Below are positions 28,931-37,597 of a stretch of 64,000 bases of DNA, one piece after another (positions within the stretch are counted from its first letter, which is position 1; each line of letters starts with the position of its first letter). The notes under the pieces were generated by a model. It was not told where the DNA came from. It saw nothing but the letters and a program-made list of their open reading frames with translations, and searched no databases. The stretch comes from Nitrospinae bacterium AH_259_B05_G02_I21 (lineage in GTDB: Bacteria; JADFOP01), in the NCBI GenBank assembly GCA_027717595.1, contig JALLOF010000002.1, positions 29,324 through 93,323 on the forward strand, read 5' to 3'. A program made the position numbers and the translations under genes.

Positions 28931-30127
28931 CTAAGATGGGCTCGCGTCCGCAGGTGAGTAGTACCCTGGCCTCGAGTTGAATGCCGCGGTTCGAACCCGC
29001 TGCACCCGCTCTCGCAATCCGCTCGAGTATGTTTTAACGGTCCGTTTGAACGCCTCGAAATCCCCGGGCGCCGGAACTCGCCTGAGCAGGAAGGGATCAG
29101 AACCCCGTACGTTTACTCCGCAGTCGTTAGTAATAGCCCCCTTGTACCCTAGCTGCTGTGCAAGTGAGATTAACAGCGAAGAATGCTCCCCGAAAGGCCA
29201 GCAGATGTATTTGCATGGTCGATCGAGGTATTCTTCGAGGAGGGCTTTCGAGCGCACCAATTCCTCGACGACTCTTCGGAGATACACCTCATGGTCCTCG
29301 TAGAAACCCGCTTGCCCGTGCTCTTTTCGATACTCTTCGACAATGCGCCAAAGCTTCGATTCCAATTCCGCCTGCACCTCAGTGGAGGTTCCAGGGCATG
29401 AGTTCGTCGCGAATTCCACCAAGCGTTCTACCAAGCGTTCATCATCAATGTAACGTCTGGCAACAAGGGCGGAGCGCCAGGGGTGGAGGGGTAATCCAGA
29501 CCTGAGATCGCCTCTTGTAGAGGCAACGGCTTCCCAGGGCGGGGTCGAATCGAGCAGGAAGCCAGTGATCGTCTCATCATAGAAACATGGACTGTGGGTA
29601 TGAGTGTGGGAATAGATATCGATGAGCCCGCTCTTCACCATCTGTTTAACTTCTGACCAGTTTACGTGACCCCCACCGAAGCGCCCGCCTGAATACGCCC
29701 TAGCGTTTGCAACCTCATGGGTCGGGATGGAAGGAAGCTGGTCGAGGGTAACACGCCCTTCCCAGACATCATAAAGATTAGGTCTAGTCTCTCCTTCTCC
29801 CGCCTCCACCCGTTCTGTGATGAGGCATAGGGCGGCCTTCAACCCATACTTCTTCAGGATGGGATAAGCGTAGACCCAGTTATCCAGATAACCGTCGTCA
29901 AAGGTGATGACTACTGACGGCGAAGGAGGAGGACGGCGACCGTAAAGAAATCGTATGAGTTCAGAGATATGAAGAGTGTAGTAGCCCTTTTCGGCTAGAT
30001 ACCGCATCTGCTCCTCAAAGACCTCAGGGCTCATAGAGAAGCTCCGCCCACCGGTTTCGAAGTTCACGTGATGATAAGCAAGTATCGGGGTTCTGCTAAA
30101 AGCAAACAATAGATATCTCCTTGCCAC
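28931..30127 (-). CDS. polysaccharide deacetylase (CE4/NodB family)
   Basis: NodB motif 1 VITFDDGYLDNW; 398 aa with a CE4-like core and a C-terminal extension. Confidence 0.75.
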   Translation of the reverse strand: MARRYLLFAFSRTPILAYHHVNFETGGRSFSMSPEVFEEQMRYLAEKGYYTLHISELIRFLYGRRPPPSPSVVITFDDGYLDNWVYAYPILKKYGLKAALCLITERVEAGEGETRPNLYDVWEGRVTLDQLPSIPTHEVANARAYSGGRFGGGHVNWSEVKQMVKSGLIDIYSHTHTHSPCFYDETITGFLLDSTPPWEAVASTRGDLRSGLPLHPWRSALVARRYIDDERLVERLVEFATNSCPGTSTEVQAELESKLWRIVEEYRKEHGQAGFYEDHEVYLRRVVEELVRSKALLEEYLDRPCKYICWPFGEHSSLLISLAQQLGYKGAITNDCGVNVRGSDPFLLRRVPAPGDFEAFKRTVKTYSSGLRERVQRVRTAAFNSRPGYYSPADASPS

Positions 30128-30183
30128 GGGAGGCCTTTTTATTCATATCTCCATTGTGGTTTCATATTTTATTCCGATTCCAC

Positions 30184-31533
30184 CTAAGCGGCTAGCCGGT
30201 CGAGTAATTCCGCCAGAGCCGCGGTCGCAGCCTGCCGAGTGTAGTGGTTAACCACGGCGCCGTCCCCACCGTAAGGTAGGCGTCCTGTATGCTCGATGGC
30301 CGTTACCCATTTCAGGAGACAATCTTTGACCTCCGCGACAGAAGTCGTCAGCACGCCAGCACCGCTGGCGCGGATCAGCCGGCTCATCTCGCCTTCCATC
30401 GCATGCAGAAGCAGGATGGGTCGCCGGGCCCCCAGGTACTCGAAGAGCTTGGACGTGTGACAGCCCTCCCCGCGGGGCCCTGTCCATGGAACGGAGAGGA
30501 GCGCGGTGGTGGCCTGCTGGAGACCCAATGCCTCCTGATGGGAGACCGGTGCGCAGCGCTCTACACAGGCCGAAACACCGTATTCGGTCGCCAGGGCCTC
30601 GACATCGACCATCTCGAAACCCTCCATCAGATAAAATCGGCAGCGGACCTGCTCCGGCCGCAGGCGGCCCCCAGCGAGAAGCTCGGCCAGGGCCTGAAAG
30701 AGGACCGAGGGGTCCTGATGGCGGGGATGAAGCCTTCCCGTGTAAAGGAGCTCGAGCCGCTTGTGGCGAGTCGGCCCTGACGAGACCGGGTAGTCGGTCG
30801 GGTCGAACCCGTGAGGGATGACCATCACGCGGTCTGCCAGGTCTGGGTGAGAGCGGGCAAGGCCCTCCGCCCAGGTCTCGGACAGCGTCACGATGGCATC
30901 AGCATCGGACAGCACCCGTCCCTCTAGCCACCGAAGGGAGCGCCGCTTCCAAGTGGACCAGTCCCGGTAGTGGTCGTCGCTCCAGGGGTCCCGCAGGTCG
31001 GCGATCCATGGGACGCCAGCTTCCCGGGCGAGTCGGCGGGCGATGAGGTGGGCCGACTCGGGCGGAGAGGTAGAATAAACGGCCTCCACAGGCTCTTCGG
31101 CCAACAGCCGCCGACCAGCGGCCAGGGCGGGCTTGATCCACCCACGTTGATCGTCGGGAAACGTCAAGAGTTCCCGCACCGCCCGCCGGAGCCCCGACAC
31201 CGACCGAAGGGGGCCCTCCCCCACCCTCCCCGACACCTGAGGGATCAACGGCCGAGAGCGCCTGAAGAAGGCAAGGCAATCCCGCTCCCCCGTGGCGACG
31301 ACGCGGACGCCGACTCCCAGGGAATCTCGAACCGTGGGGGTGAGCACCACTGGATGCCAGCCGTGATCTGGCAGGTACTGGGCGAATTTCGACACCCGGA
31401 GGCCCCCCACGCCGTCCGCGTGGGTCCAGTGGTAGGTCACCACGAGCACGGACCGGGTAGTTGGCTCACCAAGGGTTAACGCCATAATTCTCTGGACAGA
31501 CCTTGCATGGGTCGAAAAGGACGCTTTTGTCAT
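30184..31533 (-). CDS. GT-B glycosyltransferase (GT4-like)
   Basis: N-terminal VLVVTYHW...GGLRVSKFAQYL (GT4 N-domain); C-terminal LYTGRLHPRHQD...SKLFEYLGARRPILL (glycos_transf_1-like). Confidence 0.65.
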   Translation of the reverse strand: MTKASFSTHARSVQRIMALTLGEPTTRSVLVVTYHWTHADGVGGLRVSKFAQYLPDHGWHPVVLTPTVRDSLGVGVRVVATGERDCLAFFRRSRPLIPQVSGRVGEGPLRSVSGLRRAVRELLTFPDDQRGWIKPALAAGRRLLAEEPVEAVYSTSPPESAHLIARRLAREAGVPWIADLRDPWSDDHYRDWSTWKRRSLRWLEGRVLSDADAIVTLSETWAEGLARSHPDLADRVMVIPHGFDPTDYPVSSGPTRHKRLELLYTGRLHPRHQDPSVLFQALAELLAGGRLRPEQVRCRFYLMEGFEMVDVEALATEYGVSACVERCAPVSHQEALGLQQATTALLSVPWTGPRGEGCHTSKLFEYLGARRPILLLHAMEGEMSRLIRASGAGVLTTSVAEVKDCLLKWVTAIEHTGRLPYGGDGAVVNHYTRQAATAALAELLDRLAA

Positions 31534-32548
31534 CCGTCAGGAAACGGGCCCGGCGGTTCTGAAAGAAAGTACTGTTCCAGACCTCAGCATCAGTAATCTT
31601 GCCGTTGCCTTCCATGTTGAGAAGCATGATGGAGCAGCTCGAGAAATTCTGCGCCCCGTCCACCCGCAGCTGGTCGAAGTGGCAGGAACACTGCTTGGTC
31701 GTCTGGGCAGGGTCGAGGAGGGTAGGCAAGACGACTTTGCCCTGCATGTTGGAGGGGACAACTGTCCGCAGGAACTCGACCATATCGGTGTCCTGGACGA
31801 AGAGGCTCCGCTCCTCGGCACGGAAACCATCGAAAGGAGCCGAGAGAAAGTTGCACAAGAAGACCTGGTCCACCCCAACCTCGTCGGCAACCCGGAGGAA
31901 CTCGGGAATCAGAGGCCAGTTCTGCTGATCAATAATGAAGGATGCTTTGATTTTGACGGGTGAGCCAAGGGCGTTGCGAGCCTCAACAAGACGTTTGACG
32001 TTTTTGTAAATCTTCGGGTAGAGAAGACCAGGCATGCCCGTGATTCGGTTAAACTCTTCGGAGTTGTGGGCGTTGATGGAAACGGTGATGCCGTCCAGGT
32101 GGCTGCGAACGATGGGCTCAATATAGCGCTCAAGCGTCGTTCCATTGGAGAAGGTTTTCACAACCATCTTCTTATGCACGGCGGCGTACTTGGCTATTCG
32201 GAAGAGGTTTTTATTCAGTAACGGCTCTCCCGCCCCGATGATGTTGACGTAGATAGCCCGGTCGAAACGATCGACGGTACGCTTGAACGTCTCGAAGTCG
32301 ATATCTTCGGCCATTTGCTGATTCCACTCGTAATCAACAGGGATGACGCTGGAGTGCGTTGGACACATGGTACAGGTGAGGTTGCACCGGCCAGTGGCAA
32401 CGATGGAGAGGGTCACCGGTTGGTGTGCAACCACCTTGCCCCTCCGAGCAAGCTTAGCGTGGAGGAAGTTTACCTTCTGTCTCCAGGTGAAGGGTCGCCG
32501 CCATACACTAGCCACTTCGCGGAGATCGCTGGCCGTGAGCATTTTCAT
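31466..32548 (-). CDS. radical SAM protein with C-terminal SPASM-like Cys cluster
   Basis: Cx3Cx2C (ATGRCNLTCTMCP); C-terminal CSCHFDQ...SSCS...CKVCPEN. This is the intact paralog of the pseudogene at 25268..25859. Confidence 0.75.
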   Translation of the reverse strand: MKMLTASDLREVASVWRRPFTWRQKVNFLHAKLARRGKVVAHQPVTLSIVATGRCNLTCTMCPTHSSVIPVDYEWNQQMAEDIDFETFKRTVDRFDRAIYVNIIGAGEPLLNKNLFRIAKYAAVHKKMVVKTFSNGTTLERYIEPIVRSHLDGITVSINAHNSEEFNRITGMPGLLYPKIYKNVKRLVEARNALGSPVKIKASFIIDQQNWPLIPEFLRVADEVGVDQVFLCNFLSAPFDGFRAEERSLFVQDTDMVEFLRTVVPSNMQGKVVLPTLLDPAQTTKQCSCHFDQLRVDGAQNFSSCSIMLLNMEGNGKITDAEVWNSTFFQNRRARFLTDDKSVLFDPCKVCPENYGVNPW

Positions 32549-34488
32549 AGCTTCGACTCTCCCTCCCGATCAATGAAAATCCGAAACCAAAGCTCCAGGT
32601 TGACCCAGGACCAAATGGTAAAGTCCAGATTGGCCTGACCAGAGCAGTGGGCTTGGAAGGCCGCTTGGCTCCGGCCCGGGTCGAGATAGCCCCTCTGGCT
32701 CAGCACCTTGGGGGCCAAGAGTTCAGCAATTCGCTGGCGAAGGTCGCTGCGAAACCAAGGCCCCATAGGGGTAACGAAGCCCATCTTATCAGGCCTCGCC
32801 AGCACCGTCTCTGGAACCACGCCGCGGCATGCCTCGCGCAAGATGCGCTTGGTGTATCCCTTTTGGATTTTTTGCTCAGGCGGCAGGCTGAAAAGAAACT
32901 CCACCAACCGATAGTCCATAAAGGGAGATCGGGCCTCCACTGAGTGGGCCATGCCGTTCCTATCCTCGATGCGAAGCAGCGAGGGCAATGGGGATATGGT
33001 AAACCCTCGGTAAAGGGCGTCGTTGAGGCAAGAAGAAAAGCGCCTCGGCGTCGGAGCAGTCGGTCTCATGCGGTCGGCAAAATTTCGGCTTAGATAGGGA
33101 GGTTGGCCACTAAGCTTCCGGGCCTTCCTCCTGGGCAACCAATGAGAAGCCAGAAGCCTTAGGGCTTGCCCTAGGGCCGGATAGACCGCCCCGCCCGTAA
33201 CCCGCCTGAAGTCCACCAGCTCCCGCAATAAAGTCACCCAACGTCCCGTCCTTATCGAGTCGGCGAAGAAGGCTGGATAGTATTTGTGGTAGCCCGCCAA
33301 GCCCTCGTCTCCCCCCTGGCCTGTCAGAATTACCTTGAAACCCTTCTGGTGGGCCGCCTCCATCACGAACCACTGAGCGTAAATGGAAAGCCCCGCGTAA
33401 GGTTCGTCCTGATGCCAGATGACCCGCTCTATGTTCTCAAAAAGGGAATCCCCCGAGGGAAAGACGAAGGTGGGGGAAACCGAAACCTCATCCAACACCC
33501 GATGGATGTACGGGCGCTCATCGTAGGCTGGCTCCTCGAAGCAAGAGGAGAAGGTGGCAACCCCCCCCTTGCAGGTTACCTGATCCGCCAGGCAGGTGAT
33601 GGCCGAAGAGTCCAATCCGCCGCTTAAGCTGATGGCCACAGGCACATCGCTCCTGAGCCTCAAAGCCACCGCCGAGCGCAGCAAATCGAGAAACTCCTCG
33701 GCTAGCCCGGTATCGCTTCGGCCCCGGCTCGCCACCTCCCGGGGCTCCAAATCCCAGTAGCGGTGCTCCCGAAGTCCCTCGGGTCCAACCTCCAAAACAT
33801 GGGCCGGCCTCACCTGGGTGATACCACGGAAGAAGGTCCGCTCCGAGAGGTCCACGTAGCCATAGCCCCTGGCCAGGTAGTCATATATAGCCTGGTCGTC
33901 GGGCTGGGGGCTAACCTGCGGATCAGCCAGAAGGGCTTTTATTTCAGAGGCGAAAAGGAGGCGGTTGCCTACCTCGGTATAGTAGAGGGGCTTGACCCCA
34001 AATCGGTCTCTGGAGAGGAGCAGCTTCCGCCGATGACCGTCCCATAGGCCGAGGGCCCACATGCCGTTGAACCTGCGGAAGCAGTCAAGACCCCACTGGC
34101 GGTAGGCCGCCAAGAGAACCTCGGTGTCGCTTGTGGAGCGGAAGCGATGGCCCAAGGCTTCCAGCTCCTGGCGAAGCTCGATGTAGTTATATATTTCGCC
34201 GTTATAGACCACCCAGCAGACGCCGTTTCGGCAGGGCATAGGCTGGTGGCCGCTTTCCGTAAGGTCTATGATAGCTAGCCGTCGGTGACCTAGTCCCAGG
34301 CTGTATCCCCTTTCCGGTGGCCATTCCTCACCGGGCCGCCAGGACCAATGCTGACCATTCCTGGGATGAACCATCCAATAGCCCTCACCGTCGGGACCTC
34401 GGTGAATGATCCCCGATGTCATCCGCCTAAGGAGGGAGAAATCGACTGGCTCTCCACCCAGTTCCCAAATGCCGGTAATACCGCACAC
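32545..34488 (-). CDS. asnB: asparagine synthase (glutamine-hydrolysing) family amidotransferase (AsnB/PseA-like)
   Basis: N-terminal MCGITGIW (class II GATase Cys2); synthetase domain with SGGLDSS PP-loop; 647 aa. The 4-bp overlap with the downstream radical SAM start suggests translational coupling. Confidence 0.85.
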   Translation of the reverse strand: MCGITGIWELGGEPVDFSLLRRMTSGIIHRGPDGEGYWMVHPRNGQHWSWRPGEEWPPERGYSLGLGHRRLAIIDLTESGHQPMPCRNGVCWVVYNGEIYNYIELRQELEALGHRFRSTSDTEVLLAAYRQWGLDCFRRFNGMWALGLWDGHRRKLLLSRDRFGVKPLYYTEVGNRLLFASEIKALLADPQVSPQPDDQAIYDYLARGYGYVDLSERTFFRGITQVRPAHVLEVGPEGLREHRYWDLEPREVASRGRSDTGLAEEFLDLLRSAVALRLRSDVPVAISLSGGLDSSAITCLADQVTCKGGVATFSSCFEEPAYDERPYIHRVLDEVSVSPTFVFPSGDSLFENIERVIWHQDEPYAGLSIYAQWFVMEAAHQKGFKVILTGQGGDEGLAGYHKYYPAFFADSIRTGRWVTLLRELVDFRRVTGGAVYPALGQALRLLASHWLPRRKARKLSGQPPYLSRNFADRMRPTAPTPRRFSSCLNDALYRGFTISPLPSLLRIEDRNGMAHSVEARSPFMDYRLVEFLFSLPPEQKIQKGYTKRILREACRGVVPETVLARPDKMGFVTPMGPWFRSDLRQRIAELLAPKVLSQRGYLDPGRSQAAFQAHCSGQANLDFTIWSWVNLELWFRIFIDREGESKL

Positions 34489-34524
34489 AGCCCGTCTTGC
34501 CCTCCTCTACAGCTACACCCCGCC

Positions 34525-35106
34525 TTATGACAGTCTGAAGACTTGCTCCTCGGGAATCCCCAAGGCCTTGATTTTACCTATAATCTCATCTTCGTGCCGA
34601 AAGGAGGTCACCACCACCCGGTCGAAATCTAGCTCCTTCAGCCTCTGGGAGGGCAAAATATCAAAGCCAAAGAACGACTCCCCCGCTCTATGGTCATCCA
34701 CCACGCCAGCCAAGGAGAGGTCCGTCTCGTGCAGGGATATGTATGCCACCTCGGCCACCTCGCCGGCCCCGTAAAAGGCCAACGAGCTTACCCCCTCCCT
34801 TCTGAGGGTGTGAAAGGCGGTGGCGATTTGCCCGCGGGCGTTGGAATAATACTTAAAGGAATGCTGGAGGTATTCGTAAGTAAGACGGGATTTTTCCATC
34901 AGTCCTGCGGGGGTTAAAAGGTAGCGGATGTCATTGGCGCTTGCCCGGTGAATCTTGACAAATCCCTTGTGGACGAACCGCTTCAGGTAGGCATTGGTCA
35001 AGCCAAGGGCGATACCCAGCTTCTTTGCGAGCGAGCGCTGGGTGAGCTTGACGCCGCTTTCAATCTCGGTCAGCAGCTGGAGGGTGCGTAAGAGGTCCTT
35101 TTCCAT
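34525..35106 (-). CDS. winged-helix transcriptional regulator with C-terminal Rossmann-like (Rex-like architecture) domain
   Basis: N-terminal wHTH (LTQRSLAKKLGIALGLTNAYLKRFVHKGFVKI); C-terminal glycine-rich FYGAGEVAEVAY. It is the first gene of the long minus-strand block and is preceded by a 700-bp non-coding region. Confidence 0.55.
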   Translation of the reverse strand: MEKDLLRTLQLLTEIESGVKLTQRSLAKKLGIALGLTNAYLKRFVHKGFVKIHRASANDIRYLLTPAGLMEKSRLTYEYLQHSFKYYSNARGQIATAFHTLRREGVSSLAFYGAGEVAEVAYISLHETDLSLAGVVDDHRAGESFFGFDILPSQRLKELDFDRVVVTSFRHEDEIIGKIKALGIPEEQVFRLS

Positions 35107-35305
35107 CGACCCTAGTGCTTGAGCCCTCTAGTGTGTCCCGAATGGAAGGAAAAACACCACGGATGAGAGGGTTAGGCTACGGCTTAAAGGTACGGCTCCG
35201 CCCCGTGGGTTACATTCGTATGTAACCGATAGGGGGATTGCTGGTGTGGGCTGGTCTCCGGCCACTAAAGACGAGGACTACAATATCCTCGACGGGCGGA
35301 GAAAC

Positions 35306-35346
35306 TTGAACGTCCCTAAATTGGCAAGGGCGTTCAATTATTGAAC
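35306..35346. promoter_or_regulatory. nested inverted repeats TTGAACG-N18-CGTTCAA-tta-TTGAAC upstream of the regulator gene (candidate operator)
   Basis: Read directly: TTGAACG 35306..35312, CGTTCAA 35331..35337, TTGAAC 35341..35346. GTTCAA-N3-TTGAAC is a perfect inverted repeat. It lies ~200-240 bp upstream of the regulator start (35106). Confidence 0.35.
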
Positions 35347-35807
35347 AATAATAGCTTTCCAGGAAAAGGTGTCAAGGGAAAAATGCAAAATCGGCTTCAT
35401 TCCCAACCGTTTGCAGGTGGATTATCCAACTGCGGAGTTCAAATAAGGCTCGGAACCCATTTATTCCGGGATTATTCCTTCCCTAAGAAAGTTGACCTCG
35501 TCATGTCCTTGCTCAGGTGACCCACCATCCATCTCTTTGCGCCCAAGACGCACGACGTCGTTCAGGATCGCCCCGTCAGGACGAGGTGGGGCTGCCCACT
35601 CACAAGCTCAGTGTGGGAACACCAGGAATAACTCTCGGGTTCACCCCCCTAGGCCGCCCTGCGCAAGCCATTCCTCGCAGGTCACCCCTCTCACCAGCGG
35701 TGACAATCGGAGCAGTGGGCGTACAGTTCACCAGCCAAGGCATGGGTGGCTAGCAGGCGACTAAGAAGGTTGCTAGGATAGTCCTTCTCACTGCCTAACT
35801 AACCCTG

Positions 35808-36425
35808 TTACAACCCCTTGCCCCGGAGCGCAGTGCGAAGGGTCTGGAGTAATAGATTCAGATCGTATCGAAGCCGTTGTCCTGGGCTCATGGTAGCGGC
35901 CTTACGGACATATTCGGCATCCAGACGCATGTTCTCATGCCGACTGGCACTCCGTCCCTTGTAGGCCTGGGTCAGTCCCGCCCATCCCGCCTTCACCCGT
36001 CGCTTACTGTCGGCCCCCTCGGACAACTCCAGTTCATATTCCCACGGTGGGACGGGCCGTGGCCCTACGAGCCGCATCTCCCCTCGCAAAACGTTGAAGA
36101 GTTGAGGAAGCTCATCGAGATACCACTTTAGCAAGAAGCGTCCTACTCGGGTGGCGTTAGGATTATCCTCGTAGGTGGTATACCGTTTACCGGGCTTGTC
36201 GTACTCATCGGGATGGCGATGGGCCAAAACAGTCCGAAACTTGAACATTCCAAAGCGCTCCCCTTGCGAGATGCGGGTCGTCGTCCAGATCGCTGGGCCC
36301 CTTGCCGCCGGATCGAAGAGACCCTCCACCTTGATGGCCAAAGCGATGACCCCTAGTAAGGGCGACAGGCAGAGCAAAATTGCACCTGCGGTAAGTTTAT
36401 CGACCGCTGTATTTATCCATGACAT
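35808..36425 (-). CDS. small monotopic phosphoglycosyl transferase (PglC/WbaP C-terminal 'bacterial sugar transferase' family)
   Basis: N-terminal re-entrant helix (AILLCLSPLLGVIALAIKV), RFLLKWYLDELPQLFNVLRGEMRLVGPRP catalytic motifs (DE dyad, PRP), 205 aa. Confidence 0.8.
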   Translation of the reverse strand: MSWINTAVDKLTAGAILLCLSPLLGVIALAIKVEGLFDPAARGPAIWTTTRISQGERFGMFKFRTVLAHRHPDEYDKPGKRYTTYEDNPNATRVGRFLLKWYLDELPQLFNVLRGEMRLVGPRPVPPWEYELELSEGADSKRRVKAGWAGLTQAYKGRSASRHENMRLDAEYVRKAATMSPGQRLRYDLNLLLQTLRTALRGKGL

Positions 36426-36518
36426 TGGTCCATCCAGCTTACGACCACATCAGGGGTTGCCAGCAGAAGGGTAAGGAGTGTCGTTAAGATAGCTCGTCTC
36501 ATCGTTTAACAAACCCTG

Positions 36519-37133
36519 TTATAACCCCTCGCCCCGCAGCACCGTTTGGAGGGTGCGAAGTGTCACTCGCAGGTCATACCGGAGCCGTTGCCACGAGCTC
36601 ATATTAGCAACCCGACGGACGTACCAGGCATCCAAGCGCCTGCTCTTGTACTCGCTGCCTGTGGCTCCCTTGGAAGACTGGGCAAGCCCTGCCCAACCAG
36701 CCTTTACAAGTCGTTTTGTGTCGGCCCCTAAAGACAACTCTCTTTCGTAATACCACGGTTGGACGGGCCGAGGCCCCACGAGTCGCATCTCCCCACGCAA
36801 GATGTTAAGGAGTTGAGGAAATTCATCGAGATACCATTTCAACAAGAAGCGTCCAACCCGCGTGGAATGGGGGTTGGTTTGGTATGTGTAGGCTTCGTCG
36901 ATTTTTTCGTAGCCATCGGGATGGCGATTGGCCTTAAGTGTCCGAAGCTTGAACATACCAAAGCGCTCCCCCTGTGAGATACGGGTTACAGTCCAGATGA
37001 CCGGGCCCCTTGCCGCCGGATCGAAAAGACCCTCCACCTTGATGGCCAAGGCGATGACCCCTAGCAAGGGCGACAGGCAGAGCAAAATTGCTCCTGCGAT
37101 GAGTTTATCTGCCGCTGTATTTATCCACGACAT
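36519..37133 (-). CDS. small monotopic phosphoglycosyl transferase, tandem paralog of 35808..36425
   Basis: Same motifs (RFLLKWYLDEFPQLLNILRGEMRLVGPRP). Roughly three-quarters identical to the neighbour by eye, with near-identical 5' DNA. Confidence 0.8.
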   Translation of the reverse strand: MSWINTAADKLIAGAILLCLSPLLGVIALAIKVEGLFDPAARGPVIWTVTRISQGERFGMFKLRTLKANRHPDGYEKIDEAYTYQTNPHSTRVGRFLLKWYLDEFPQLLNILRGEMRLVGPRPVQPWYYERELSLGADTKRLVKAGWAGLAQSSKGATGSEYKSRRLDAWYVRRVANMSSWQRLRYDLRVTLRTLQTVLRGEGL

Positions 37134-37597
37134 CGGTATATCCAGCCTACGTCCAAAGAAGGAGCAACCGACAAGAGGACCAGGTGGTGTATTATACGAG
37201 CGGATTTGGGTCTGTTCACACCCGCTACACTACCAGCCTCAAGGTACTCCTTCAATCTGAATGGACACTGAGGCAAAGTTCTGAGGATCGCGGCGACCCG
37301 AGAGGCATCTCTTTGATTATGCAACCTTTTGGAAATCACCAATGACGAATTCTCCAGAGGGGAGTTTCTCCTACCCCCATTATTTTGCTTTGAGGATACC
37401 TCACAATCACATTGAACACATCTCCAGTTATCGCGATGTGAATGAGAAACATAGAGTGATGGGACCAGGAATGCGGCTTTGGAGCCGTTGGTTGGTGGAG
37501 AGACCGGCTGCAGAACAAACCCGGCTGATTTTATCTCATTTTGCTCCGTCCTCGGATTGTGTCAGACCTCATAGCGCCGGCCCGTTATTCTATTCCT

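Noticed and set aside
28984-29000. tRNA-like T-arm sequence GCGGTTCGAACCCGC
   Set aside because: Only a 4-bp stem. No matching acceptor, D or anticodon arms could be built on either strand. The segment lies in-frame inside the CE4 deacetylase CDS (encodes ...VRTAAFNS...). Coincidental.
35321-35337. Possible sigma-54 -24/-12 element (TGGCAAGGGCGTTCA)
   Set aside because: The -12 region reads TTCA rather than TTGC(A/T). It points toward the plus strand, where no gene follows for kilobases. It is better explained as part of the inverted-repeat operator.
35492-35764. ORFs within the 700-bp leader upstream of the regulator gene
   Set aside because: Low-complexity Pro/Arg/Ser-rich translations, no SD or start context, and they overlap the hairpin-rich non-coding region. 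Treated as non-coding.
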